From positions 2,520,001 to 2,552,000 of the forward strand of contig OZ245049.1 in assembly GCA_965224465.1 (NCBI GenBank): DNA of 32,000 bases, written 5' to 3'. Positions 19,109 through 26,720 of this stretch are shown piece by piece; positions within the stretch are counted from its first letter, which is position 1, and every line of letters begins with the position of its first letter. Source of the stretch: Flavobacteriaceae bacterium. Lineage in GTDB: Bacteria > Bacteroidota > Bacteroidia > Flavobacteriales > Flavobacteriaceae. The notes under the pieces are model-generated. The model searched no databases, had not been told where the DNA came from, and saw nothing but the letters and a program-made list of their open reading frames with translations. The translations under genes were made by a program, and so were the position numbers.

Positions 19109-20311
19109 ATGAGAGAAGAGAAAAACATAGATAGATTGTTTCAAGAAAAGCTAAAAGATTATGAGGTGTTCCCTCCTAGTAAATCTTGGCGCATTATTGA
19201 AAAAAGTATAAAGCAACCCCCAAAGAAAAGAATTCTTCCATTGTGGTTTCGCATTACAAGTATTGCTGCAATGCTCCTTGCGTTTATCACCCTTGGAAAT
19301 AAACACATTGTCCCAAACGAATTTTCTGGATTTCAGAAATTCATGTTTAAATCTAAAGATTCCATAAAAAGCATCGTAAAGAACAAAAAAAACCTACTTA
19401 TTGCAAAAAAAAATAAAAACAAAAATAACGCTGGGCTAAGTGCTAAAATTATTCCTCTTAACATAGATGATAACCGCACAGAAACAAGTACAAATAACAT
19501 TTCTAGCACAGAACAAAATTCATTAGAAAAACCAGCGAAAACATTGCTATTAAAAGCAGCAGAAGGTTTTCCTCTAAAGGAGCATAGCTCCTTACCAGAA
19601 CAAACAAAAGAGAAACGCTGGTCCATTGCCTATAATGTAGCTCCTATATATTTCAGCTCCTTTGGATCCAGTAAGTCACCTATAGATAATAAATTTGAAA
19701 ACAATTCTACTTCTGGGAAAGCTAATATCTCACACGGAATTAAAATCACTTTTAAATTAAACAATAAATTTAGCGTACAATCTGGCGTTAACTTAGTAGA
19801 CATGGGCTACAAGACTAACAATGTTTTCCTCCCAACAGGAATAACTGCGGTACGCTTATCTGACATCTCAGGCACCCGTGTAAATACCCCCTCAAAAAGC
19901 GCCTCTCTAGAACAGCGCTATAGCAGACAAAGCCCAATTACAAAAGGGAATACGGGTAGCATAGATCAATTATTTGGTTATATAGAAGTTCCGTTAGAAA
20001 TAAAATACCAATTAACGGACGGGAAATTAGGACTAAATATCGTAGGAGGATTTAGCACCTTATTTCTAAATAAAAACGAATTACTAATTGAAGTAGATGG
20101 TTTTAAAACCAGTATTGGAGAGGCTACCAATTTAAGAGACATCAACTTTAGCGGAAATATAGGTATGGATATCGATTATTTAATCCATAAAAACTTATAC
20201 ATAAACGTAAGTCCTATGCTAAAAGTACAAACAAATACCTTTTCTAAAAATACAGGCGATTTTCAGTCGTATTATTTAGGAATTTACACCGGGTTAAACT
20301 TTAAGTTTTAG
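19109..20311 (+). CDS. Anti-sigma-like N-terminal segment + TM helix fused to a C-terminal beta-barrel-like (porin-type) domain
   Basis: The start is 8 nt after the sigma-factor stop. One TM helix (LWFRITSIAAMLLAFITL). The C-terminal half has alternating-hydrophobic strands and ends in ...GLNFKF, an aromatic terminal residue typical of OM barrels. ATG 19109 is preferred over the GTG at 19082. Confidence 0.55.
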   Translation: MREEKNIDRLFQEKLKDYEVFPPSKSWRIIEKSIKQPPKKRILPLWFRITSIAAMLLAFITLGNKHIVPNEFSGFQKFMFKSKDSIKSIVKNKKNLLIAKKNKNKNNAGLSAKIIPLNIDDNRTETSTNNISSTEQNSLEKPAKTLLLKAAEGFPLKEHSSLPEQTKEKRWSIAYNVAPIYFSSFGSSKSPIDNKFENNSTSGKANISHGIKITFKLNNKFSVQSGVNLVDMGYKTNNVFLPTGITAVRLSDISGTRVNTPSKSASLEQRYSRQSPITKGNTGSIDQLFGYIEVPLEIKYQLTDGKLGLNIVGGFSTLFLNKNELLIEVDGFKTSIGEATNLRDINFSGNIGMDIDYLIHKNLYINVSPMLKVQTNTFSKNTGDFQSYYLGIYTGLNFKF

Positions 20312-20451
20312 TTGGTTTATTTATTTGGTTGGTTACCAAATAATGATAAAGTAAAGTCATTTCTTAATTGAAATGGCTTTCTTTTTTACTAGTAAAATCA
20401 CTATAATTATTTGTAAATTAGCGAACACAAAATTAAAAAACACAATTCGTT

Positions 20452-21984
20452 ATGGACATACAACTAATGCTAGATCAATTAGGTATTAAAGACATTAACA
20501 ACGGAACTTCTACAGGTTTAGATAATTTCGGGTCTGGAAACACAATCGATTCTTTATCTCCCGTAGATGGTGCTCTAATTGGAAAAATTACGACAACTAC
20601 ACGTGAGGATTACGAAAAGGTAATGACAAAGGCGACCGAAGCCTTTAAGACTTGGCGAATGAAGCCCGCACCTTTACGCGGTGAAATAGTACGCCAATTT
20701 GGTGATAAATTAAGAGCACTTAAACAACCTCTAGGTGAATTGGTCTCTTATGAAATGGGAAAATCTCTCCAAGAAGGATTAGGAGAAGTTCAAGAAATGA
20801 TAGATATCTGTGATTTTGCGGTAGGATTGTCTCGCCAATTGCACGGATTAACCATGCACTCAGAACGACCTGGACATCGAATGTATGAGCAGTACCACCC
20901 ATTAGGAGTTGTAGGTATTATTTCAGCATTTAATTTCCCCGTAGCAGTTTGGGCATGGAATACAGCCTTGGCATGGATTTGTGGAGATGTATGTGTTTGG
21001 AAAGCTTCTGAGAAAGCTCCTTTATGCAGCATTGCTTGTCAAAACATCATCGCCGCTGTAATCAAAGAAAACAACCTTCCAGAAGGACTTTCATGTATTA
21101 TAAATGGAGATTATAACGTAGGTGAATTTATGACTACTGACCCTAGAATCCCTCTAATATCTGCTACAGGATCTACACGAATGGGAAAAATAGTAGCTCA
21201 AACAGTGGCTGCAAGACTCGGAAAATCATTATTAGAATTAGGAGGAAACAACGCCATCATTGTCACACCTGATGCTGATATTAAAATGACGGTTATTGGC
21301 GCTGTATTTGGCGCTGTAGGAACCGCAGGACAACGCTGCACCTCAACCCGTAGATTGATTATTCACGAATCTATGTACACCAAGGTAAAAGAGGCTGTAG
21401 TGGCAGCTTACGGACAACTTCGCATTGGAGACCCCTTAGATGAAAACAATCATGTAGGTCCGTTAATTGATACAGATGCCGTAAAAATGTACGAACATGC
21501 ATTGACTAAAGTTGTAGAAGAAGGCGGAAAACTTCTTGTAAAAGGAGGCGTACTTAAAGGCAAAGGATACGAAAGTGGTTGCTATGTAACACCCGCTATT
21601 GCAGAAGCTAAGAGTACATTCCAAATAGTACAACACGAAACTTTTGCTCCTATTTTATACTTATTAAAATACAGTGGAGGTATAGAAAACGCTATGGACA
21701 TTCAAAACGGCGTTGCACAAGGGCTATCAAGTGCTATAATGACTAATAATTTAAGAGAAGCAGAATTTTTCTTAAGTCAACAAGGATCTGACTGTGGAAT
21801 TGCCAATGTAAACATCGGTACTTCTGGAGCAGAAATAGGAGGTGCATTTGGTGGAGAAAAAGAAACTGGAGGTGGTAGAGAATCTGGATCTGATGCATGG
21901 AAAGTGTATATGAGAAGGCAAACAAACACAATCAATTACACCACAGAATTACCCTTAGCACAAGGAATTAAATTCGATTTATAA
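20452..21984 (+). CDS. ALDH7-type aldehyde dehydrogenase (alpha-aminoadipic semialdehyde / piperideine-6-carboxylate dehydrogenase-like)
   Basis: GEVQEMIDICDFAVGLSRQL...SAFNFPVAVWAWN closely follows the antiquitin-family pattern. Catalytic ELGGNNA and GQRCTS motifs are present. Confidence 0.9.
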   Translation: MDIQLMLDQLGIKDINNGTSTGLDNFGSGNTIDSLSPVDGALIGKITTTTREDYEKVMTKATEAFKTWRMKPAPLRGEIVRQFGDKLRALKQPLGELVSYEMGKSLQEGLGEVQEMIDICDFAVGLSRQLHGLTMHSERPGHRMYEQYHPLGVVGIISAFNFPVAVWAWNTALAWICGDVCVWKASEKAPLCSIACQNIIAAVIKENNLPEGLSCIINGDYNVGEFMTTDPRIPLISATGSTRMGKIVAQTVAARLGKSLLELGGNNAIIVTPDADIKMTVIGAVFGAVGTAGQRCTSTRRLIIHESMYTKVKEAVVAAYGQLRIGDPLDENNHVGPLIDTDAVKMYEHALTKVVEEGGKLLVKGGVLKGKGYESGCYVTPAIAEAKSTFQIVQHETFAPILYLLKYSGGIENAMDIQNGVAQGLSSAIMTNNLREAEFFLSQQGSDCGIANVNIGTSGAEIGGAFGGEKETGGGRESGSDAWKVYMRRQTNTINYTTELPLAQGIKFDL

Positions 21985-22003
21985 TATCCTAAATCAACTA
22001 CAT

Positions 22004-22038
22004 AAAAAAGCTGTTTAATATATTAAACAGCTTTTTTT
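22004..22038. terminator. Bidirectional intrinsic terminator at the core/accessory boundary
   Basis: Perfect 12-bp palindromic stem agctgtttaata/tattaaacagct, flanked by an A5 run and a T7 run. Confidence 0.7.
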
Positions 22039-22114
22039 AGTTTGAAAGTTTTTTTTGAAATATTGTAAAAGGAAGCTATAGGTATACCCTACATACAATT
22101 CCTTCTTAAAAATT

Positions 22115-22471
22115 TCAATCTTTTTTAATTAATAAGTAGTAATCATTTTCTAATTTCAGATATCCTTGATCATATACATAATAATATGTATTTCCCGTCT
22201 TGGTAATATAAAGAGATGTAAAGTAGTTAAAGATAAATCCTGCATCGAGCAACTTAATCTTAGGTACTTTTGTTTTCCCTACATGATTTAGTTCTGTCAA
22301 AATTTTATAATTTTTCCGCAATCTATTATTGATATTACGAATCATTTTTTTACTTTCAACATTGACTTTATTATTATAGGAATTCCTACAATAATCAGTA
22401 CAAAACTTTTTATCAACCCTACCTTGAATCGTTTCACTACATTCTAAACACACCTTATTCTCTGTCATCAT
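22115..22471 (-). CDS. Small Zn-ribbon protein of unknown function
   Basis: CxxC...CxxxC motif at the N-terminus (CLECSETIQGRVDKKFCTDYCR). The rest is unrecognised. Confidence 0.5.
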   Translation of the reverse strand: MMTENKVCLECSETIQGRVDKKFCTDYCRNSYNNKVNVESKKMIRNINNRLRKNYKILTELNHVGKTKVPKIKLLDAGFIFNYFTSLYITKTGNTYYYVYDQGYLKLENDYYLLIKKD

Positions 22472-22509
22472 AACTGGGGATCTCTAAATTCGAAATTTAA
22501 CTCTTATTT

Positions 22510-23061
22510 CTAATCTTCAGTAACACTACCCCAATTTTCACCAGATTTGATACGGTATAATTGCATTTCAGAAATACCGAATTGTTTGGCAATCATTTTC
22601 ATACGAGTCTTTCTGTTTGGATCATTAATTTTCCGTTTAATCAATTTTACTTTTGCCTCGGTCAATTTAGAATACTTTCTAACTTTTGAAGCTTTAATAA
22701 CTAAAGGATTGCTTTTTTGATGTTGAGCAACTTCTGGTCTTGTCAACCATTTCAAATTATCTGATGCATTGTTTACCTTGTCAAAATCCAAGTGCGTTAC
22801 ATATTTTTTATCCTCTGGATTTTCTAAAAATGCTTTTGCAATTGCTCTATGAACATAACAGGAAGTCCTTTTCCCTCCGTTCTTAGAAATCCAAAACATT
22901 TTATAACCACCTGTCAAGTTTGTCTTCACTAATGCAAATTCATCTTGATCCACTTTACGTGAACTCACGCGACCGTAATTTGAAACTTCAAACAACTCAT
23001 TCTCACTCCATAAGTCCTCTCTGTAAGGCTTCCAAACCTCGTTTTTAAAATCTATTATCAT
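22510..23061 (-). CDS. NUMOD4 + HNH_3 homing-endonuclease-like protein with C-terminal HTH
   Basis: NUMOD4 pattern (WKPY...FEVSNYGRVSS), HNH_3 pattern (VHRAIAKAFL...HLDFDKVNNASDNLKW) and a C-terminal HTH (IAKQFGISEMQLYRIKSGENW). ATG 23061 is preferred over the GTG at 23085. Confidence 0.75.
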   Translation of the reverse strand: MIIDFKNEVWKPYREDLWSENELFEVSNYGRVSSRKVDQDEFALVKTNLTGGYKMFWISKNGGKRTSCYVHRAIAKAFLENPEDKKYVTHLDFDKVNNASDNLKWLTRPEVAQHQKSNPLVIKASKVRKYSKLTEAKVKLIKRKINDPNRKTRMKMIAKQFGISEMQLYRIKSGENWGSVTED

Positions 23062-23452
23062 ATAACCATTATTTAAGTACGTCACAAATATACAACTAAA
23101 TTACTCGAATTCAAACGACTACAACCATTTACAAACAGTTACATACGTAAGTAAGTATTTAACAACCAACTAAGCCCTTGCTATTGCTGTAATTTTGTAC
23201 TGTTGAATTGAATTAATAATTGTTGATTTCTTAACAAACACCTTATGAGTTCTTTAAAAAACAGAATTAAGTTAAGTAAACAGCTTCTAAAAATCGACAA
23301 AATGAGAAAAACACCAGAAATATACGGAATTAAAGAATACATACATTCTCACCTATAAATCATTATTAAAGCATCTAAACAACATAGAAAAATAATCTAA
23401 ATAATAACCAAAGACTTTACATATTAAAGCAACATTTAAAAATAAAAAAATC

Positions 23453-23788
23453 ATGAGCACACTTAGAAACAAAGTACAGTTAATCGGAAACTTAGGAAAC
23501 GACCCAGAAATTATCACTTTAGAAAGCGGTAAAAAATTAGCGAAATTTTCTTTAGCTACCAACGAAAGCTATAAAGATAGTGATGGACAAAAACAAACAA
23601 TTACAGATTGGCATAATATAATCGCTTGGGGAAAGACTACCGATATTATCGAAAAATATTTAACAAAAGGAAAAGAAGTTGCCGTAGAAGGAAAACTTAC
23701 CAATCGCTCTTACGAAACCAAAGAAGGAGAAAAACGATACATCACAGAAGTTGTAATTAATGAAGTTATGATGCTGGGGAGTAAATAA
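23453..23788 (+). CDS. ssb: Single-stranded DNA-binding protein, short form (OB fold only)
   Basis: NKVQLIGNLGNDPE...TDWHNIIAWGK...VAVEGKLTNRSYE...RYITEVV is the canonical SSB OB fold. The protein is 111 aa and ends without a Gly-rich linker or acidic tip. Confidence 0.9.
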   Translation: MSTLRNKVQLIGNLGNDPEIITLESGKKLAKFSLATNESYKDSDGQKQTITDWHNIIAWGKTTDIIEKYLTKGKEVAVEGKLTNRSYETKEGEKRYITEVVINEVMMLGSK

Positions 23789-23810
23789 TGAATACAATAC
23801 TTCTTGAAAC

Positions 23811-23849
23811 TATACTTCGTCAGCAAATAGCATTTGCTGACGAAGTATA
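23811..23849. terminator. Perfect 18-bp stem / 3-nt loop hairpin after ssb
   Basis: tatacttcgtcagcaaat-agc-atttgctgacgaagtata. There is no clear U-tract on either strand, so terminator function is uncertain. Confidence 0.45.
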
Positions 23850-23991
23850 GATACGCATTGGGTTTCACTTTCTGGACACCAAGTCCCGCATAGTTGGCTA
23901 CTTCTCCTTTGTCAAGGTAGCACCAAAGAACACCTTCAGCAGCTATAGTGTTTTTTTTACAACATAAGTATTACAGAAGGCAATATAAGTA

Positions 23992-26361
23992 TCAATTATT
24001 ACTTTTAATACGGTCTTGTTCGTCTTTAGATGAATTTGACCGCTCTTTTTCTTTACTATATTTTGAACCAAAATTGTAAGAAACTTGTAAATACACATTT
24101 TGACGCGACCAATCACTAATTATGTCAGCATCTATATTATTATATTTAATACTCCCCTTAAACTTTCTTTTTAGAATTTCTCCTACCCCTAAATTTACTT
24201 TCATTTTATCATTCATAAACTTTTTACTCAACCCAAAACTTATTCCCGCCAACCAATCATGCTCTATAAGCCCCTGTAAACCTCCTGTTGAATAATATCC
24301 TGTCATTTCAGAATTAATACCCCAAGGAAATTTGTATTCTAAATTTGTATACCAAGTCAAACTCCATTTATCGATATCAAAATTTGGCTGTAGATTTTGA
24401 GATTTGTACCTGTTATAGTTAACTATAAACCCAGTATAACCTTCTAGTTCACTCACGAAATTTATGGGGGCAAACGCTTTAAAATTCCAATTTTCTCTTT
24501 TTGAAATATTAATTGTCGAACGTGATGTTTGGGCTGAAACATTATTTTGTGTAACAATTTCAAATAAAGCATCTGACGTATCTTTGTAACCAATTGAGAA
24601 AAAAGGTTGATCATTATATGTCATATTAAATTGAAAACTATTTGTAAATGCAGGTTTTAAATTCGGGTTTCCTTCTTCAAAAGTATAGGGGTCATAATAA
24701 TAAACAAAGGAATTTAAAGAGCTATACGAAGGTCTTTGTATACGATAACTATACGACAGGTTTACTCCAAAAGTTTTAGATAACTTTCTTCCAATATTAG
24801 CACTAGGAAAAAATTTTGATATCTTACGTTTTTTAACCTCAGATGTATTTGTAGACTTTCCTATCGTCTCACTTTCTTCCCATCTCAGTCCTCCAGAAAA
24901 AGACCATTCATCCATAATAGAAGTGAATTTAGTATATATAGCACTAATATCTTCGTCAATTAAAAAACGATTGCTTTGAGTATCATTTAGGATAAAATTA
25001 CCACTGTTATTTTGCACAAACGACTGTAGGTTACTATCTGTATTTATTTTCGAGAATTTCGAACCAAACATCCAATTAAAATTATCGTTAAAAGTATGTT
25101 TGTAATCCAATTTATAAGTTAAAATATGATATGCACCATTTTGTAAATAACGTTGATTGCTATAATCTATAGTGCTTAACTCTCTTTTAAATAAATCATT
25201 TGTATTATCGTTGTTATAATCTATATAATTTACATCAAAAACAACTTTCTCTTTACCGTTATCAAACTTATAAAAAGGATTTATATTAAAAGTTACTCTC
25301 TCTTTATCAAAATCACTTTCTGTAAATAATGAATTAGATGAACTATCTCCTAATATTATAGTGCTATTAGAAGTTACCCTGTCCGAGTCTGTAAAAATCC
25401 TACTTGTACTTACTCCTACACTATGTTCATTGTTAATATAATAATCTAACGCTCCACTCAACCTAAATGTTTTAGGGTGAAAAGGTGAAATTGAAGCTTG
25501 ACTATACAAGAGTTCATTAACTTTACGATTGATAAATAAATCTTCTCTCCATGCAGATTTTTTATATCCTGTACTTACCTGCCAATTTAATTTGTTTTTA
25601 TAACTCGCAATAGAAAAGCTCGTTCCATATTCAAATTCATTGTCATACCCCGTATTTAGTTTAATGCTTCCGTTTGTACCAAGTTTTACATTTTTTTTTA
25701 AAATGATATTAATAATTGCACCTGAACCTTCGGCGTCAAACTCAGCACCAGGCTGTTGAATAAGCTCTACTTTAGCAATATTATCTGCAGGTAAATCGCG
25801 TAACAACGTATCTGTATCCATATAATTTGTCGTCTTCCCGTTAATGAGAATTCTTACACCTTGTTGCCCCGCGTAACTAATATTCCCATTTGTAACAATA
25901 ATTCCTGGTATTTTTTTCATAACATCCTGTAAGTTAGAGTTCATCATTTCAGAGTTTTCAAGGTTAATGATCAACTTTTCTGCTGTTTGGCGAATTACAG
26001 GCCTCGTACTTTTTATAACAACTTCATTTAAAGTTTGAGACTCTTCCTTTAAGGTAAAATTTAATTTAATTTCCTTATTTTTTTCGGATAACATGAAAGG
26101 CTTCGATTTCTGAATTTCAAAACCAAGTACTGACACTACTATTCGATAAGATCCATCTGAAATATTTTCAAAGGCATAATACCCAATATCATTACTACTT
26201 GTTCCTTTGACTACTTTATTGTTTAATTTATACAATACAATATTAGAAAAAGGTAATGATTCACCCGATTGTTCAATGATAACTCCAGAAATCCTATTTT
26301 GAGAAAAAACAAAATTCATATTGAATATAAAACATATAATAATTATTAATTTAATTTTCAT
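23992..26361 (-). CDS. Outer-membrane beta-barrel protein with carboxypeptidase-regulatory-like and plug-like N-terminal domains (TonB-dependent-receptor-like)
   Basis: Signal peptide (MKIKLIIIICFIFNMNFVFSQ), a CarbopepD_reg-like domain (ISGVIIE...GYYAFENISDGSYRIVVSVLGFE), a plug-like segment (DVMKKIPGIIV...GVRILINGK), then a long region of beta-strand periodicity. It is the last gene of the operon. Confidence 0.8.
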   Translation of the reverse strand: MKIKLIIIICFIFNMNFVFSQNRISGVIIEQSGESLPFSNIVLYKLNNKVVKGTSSNDIGYYAFENISDGSYRIVVSVLGFEIQKSKPFMLSEKNKEIKLNFTLKEESQTLNEVVIKSTRPVIRQTAEKLIINLENSEMMNSNLQDVMKKIPGIIVTNGNISYAGQQGVRILINGKTTNYMDTDTLLRDLPADNIAKVELIQQPGAEFDAEGSGAIINIILKKNVKLGTNGSIKLNTGYDNEFEYGTSFSIASYKNKLNWQVSTGYKKSAWREDLFINRKVNELLYSQASISPFHPKTFRLSGALDYYINNEHSVGVSTSRIFTDSDRVTSNSTIILGDSSSNSLFTESDFDKERVTFNINPFYKFDNGKEKVVFDVNYIDYNNDNTNDLFKRELSTIDYSNQRYLQNGAYHILTYKLDYKHTFNDNFNWMFGSKFSKINTDSNLQSFVQNNSGNFILNDTQSNRFLIDEDISAIYTKFTSIMDEWSFSGGLRWEESETIGKSTNTSEVKKRKISKFFPSANIGRKLSKTFGVNLSYSYRIQRPSYSSLNSFVYYYDPYTFEEGNPNLKPAFTNSFQFNMTYNDQPFFSIGYKDTSDALFEIVTQNNVSAQTSRSTINISKRENWNFKAFAPINFVSELEGYTGFIVNYNRYKSQNLQPNFDIDKWSLTWYTNLEYKFPWGINSEMTGYYSTGGLQGLIEHDWLAGISFGLSKKFMNDKMKVNLGVGEILKRKFKGSIKYNNIDADIISDWSRQNVYLQVSYNFGSKYSKEKERSNSSKDEQDRIKSNN

Positions 26362-26385
26362 AGAATAGCTTTTTGAATATAAATA

Positions 26386-26715
26386 TTATTTAATTTGTTC
26401 AATTTCAGACTTAACTTTTTCAATTTCGTCATCATATCCTATATTACTTCTATAGATTAATTTAAAATGACTTTCTCTAAGGTATATTTTTAAAAAATAT
26501 CTCTCATTATTTTTTATATACTTTATTTTCCCATCTCCCAATTCATCAAAATCAGAAAAATTGGTTTTTAAAATTTTATGGATTTTAATAAAATCTTCTT
26601 TATTTATTGTAACAGAATAGATTGTCTCATATTTTGATTGCATTAAAACTTCATTTTTTGAGCTACAACTAGCAAAAAAAAAGAGGATACTACTGCAAAT
26701 AATTCTTATATTCAT
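26386..26715 (-). CDS. Small lipoprotein of unknown function (possible immunity or accessory factor)
   Basis: Signal peptide plus lipobox (ILFFFASCSS). 109 aa. 5 nt separate it from the ABC gene stop and 24 nt from the OM barrel start. Confidence 0.55.
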   Translation of the reverse strand: MNIRIICSSILFFFASCSSKNEVLMQSKYETIYSVTINKEDFIKIHKILKTNFSDFDELGDGKIKYIKNNERYFLKIYLRESHFKLIYRSNIGYDDEIEKVKSEIEQIK

Positions 26716-26720
26716 AATAT

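Noticed and set aside
23245-23358. 37-aa plus-strand small ORF (MSSLKNRIKLSKQLLKIDKMRKTPEIYGIKEYIHSHL) between the HNH gene and ssb
   Set aside because: No paralogue, motif or conservation evidence is available. It cannot be distinguished from a chance ORF in AT-rich DNA.
23353-23562. 69-aa minus-strand ORF
   Set aside because: Overlaps the 5' end of ssb in antisense, with a hydrophobic shadow-frame composition.
23850-23990. Locally GC-richer ~140-bp patch with an open minus-strand frame (..IAAEGVLWCYLDKGEVANYAGLGVQKVKPNA..) and no start codon
   Set aside because: It could be a gene fragment or a small RNA, but I recognise no family and it has no start or stop structure. Left unassigned; blastx would be needed.
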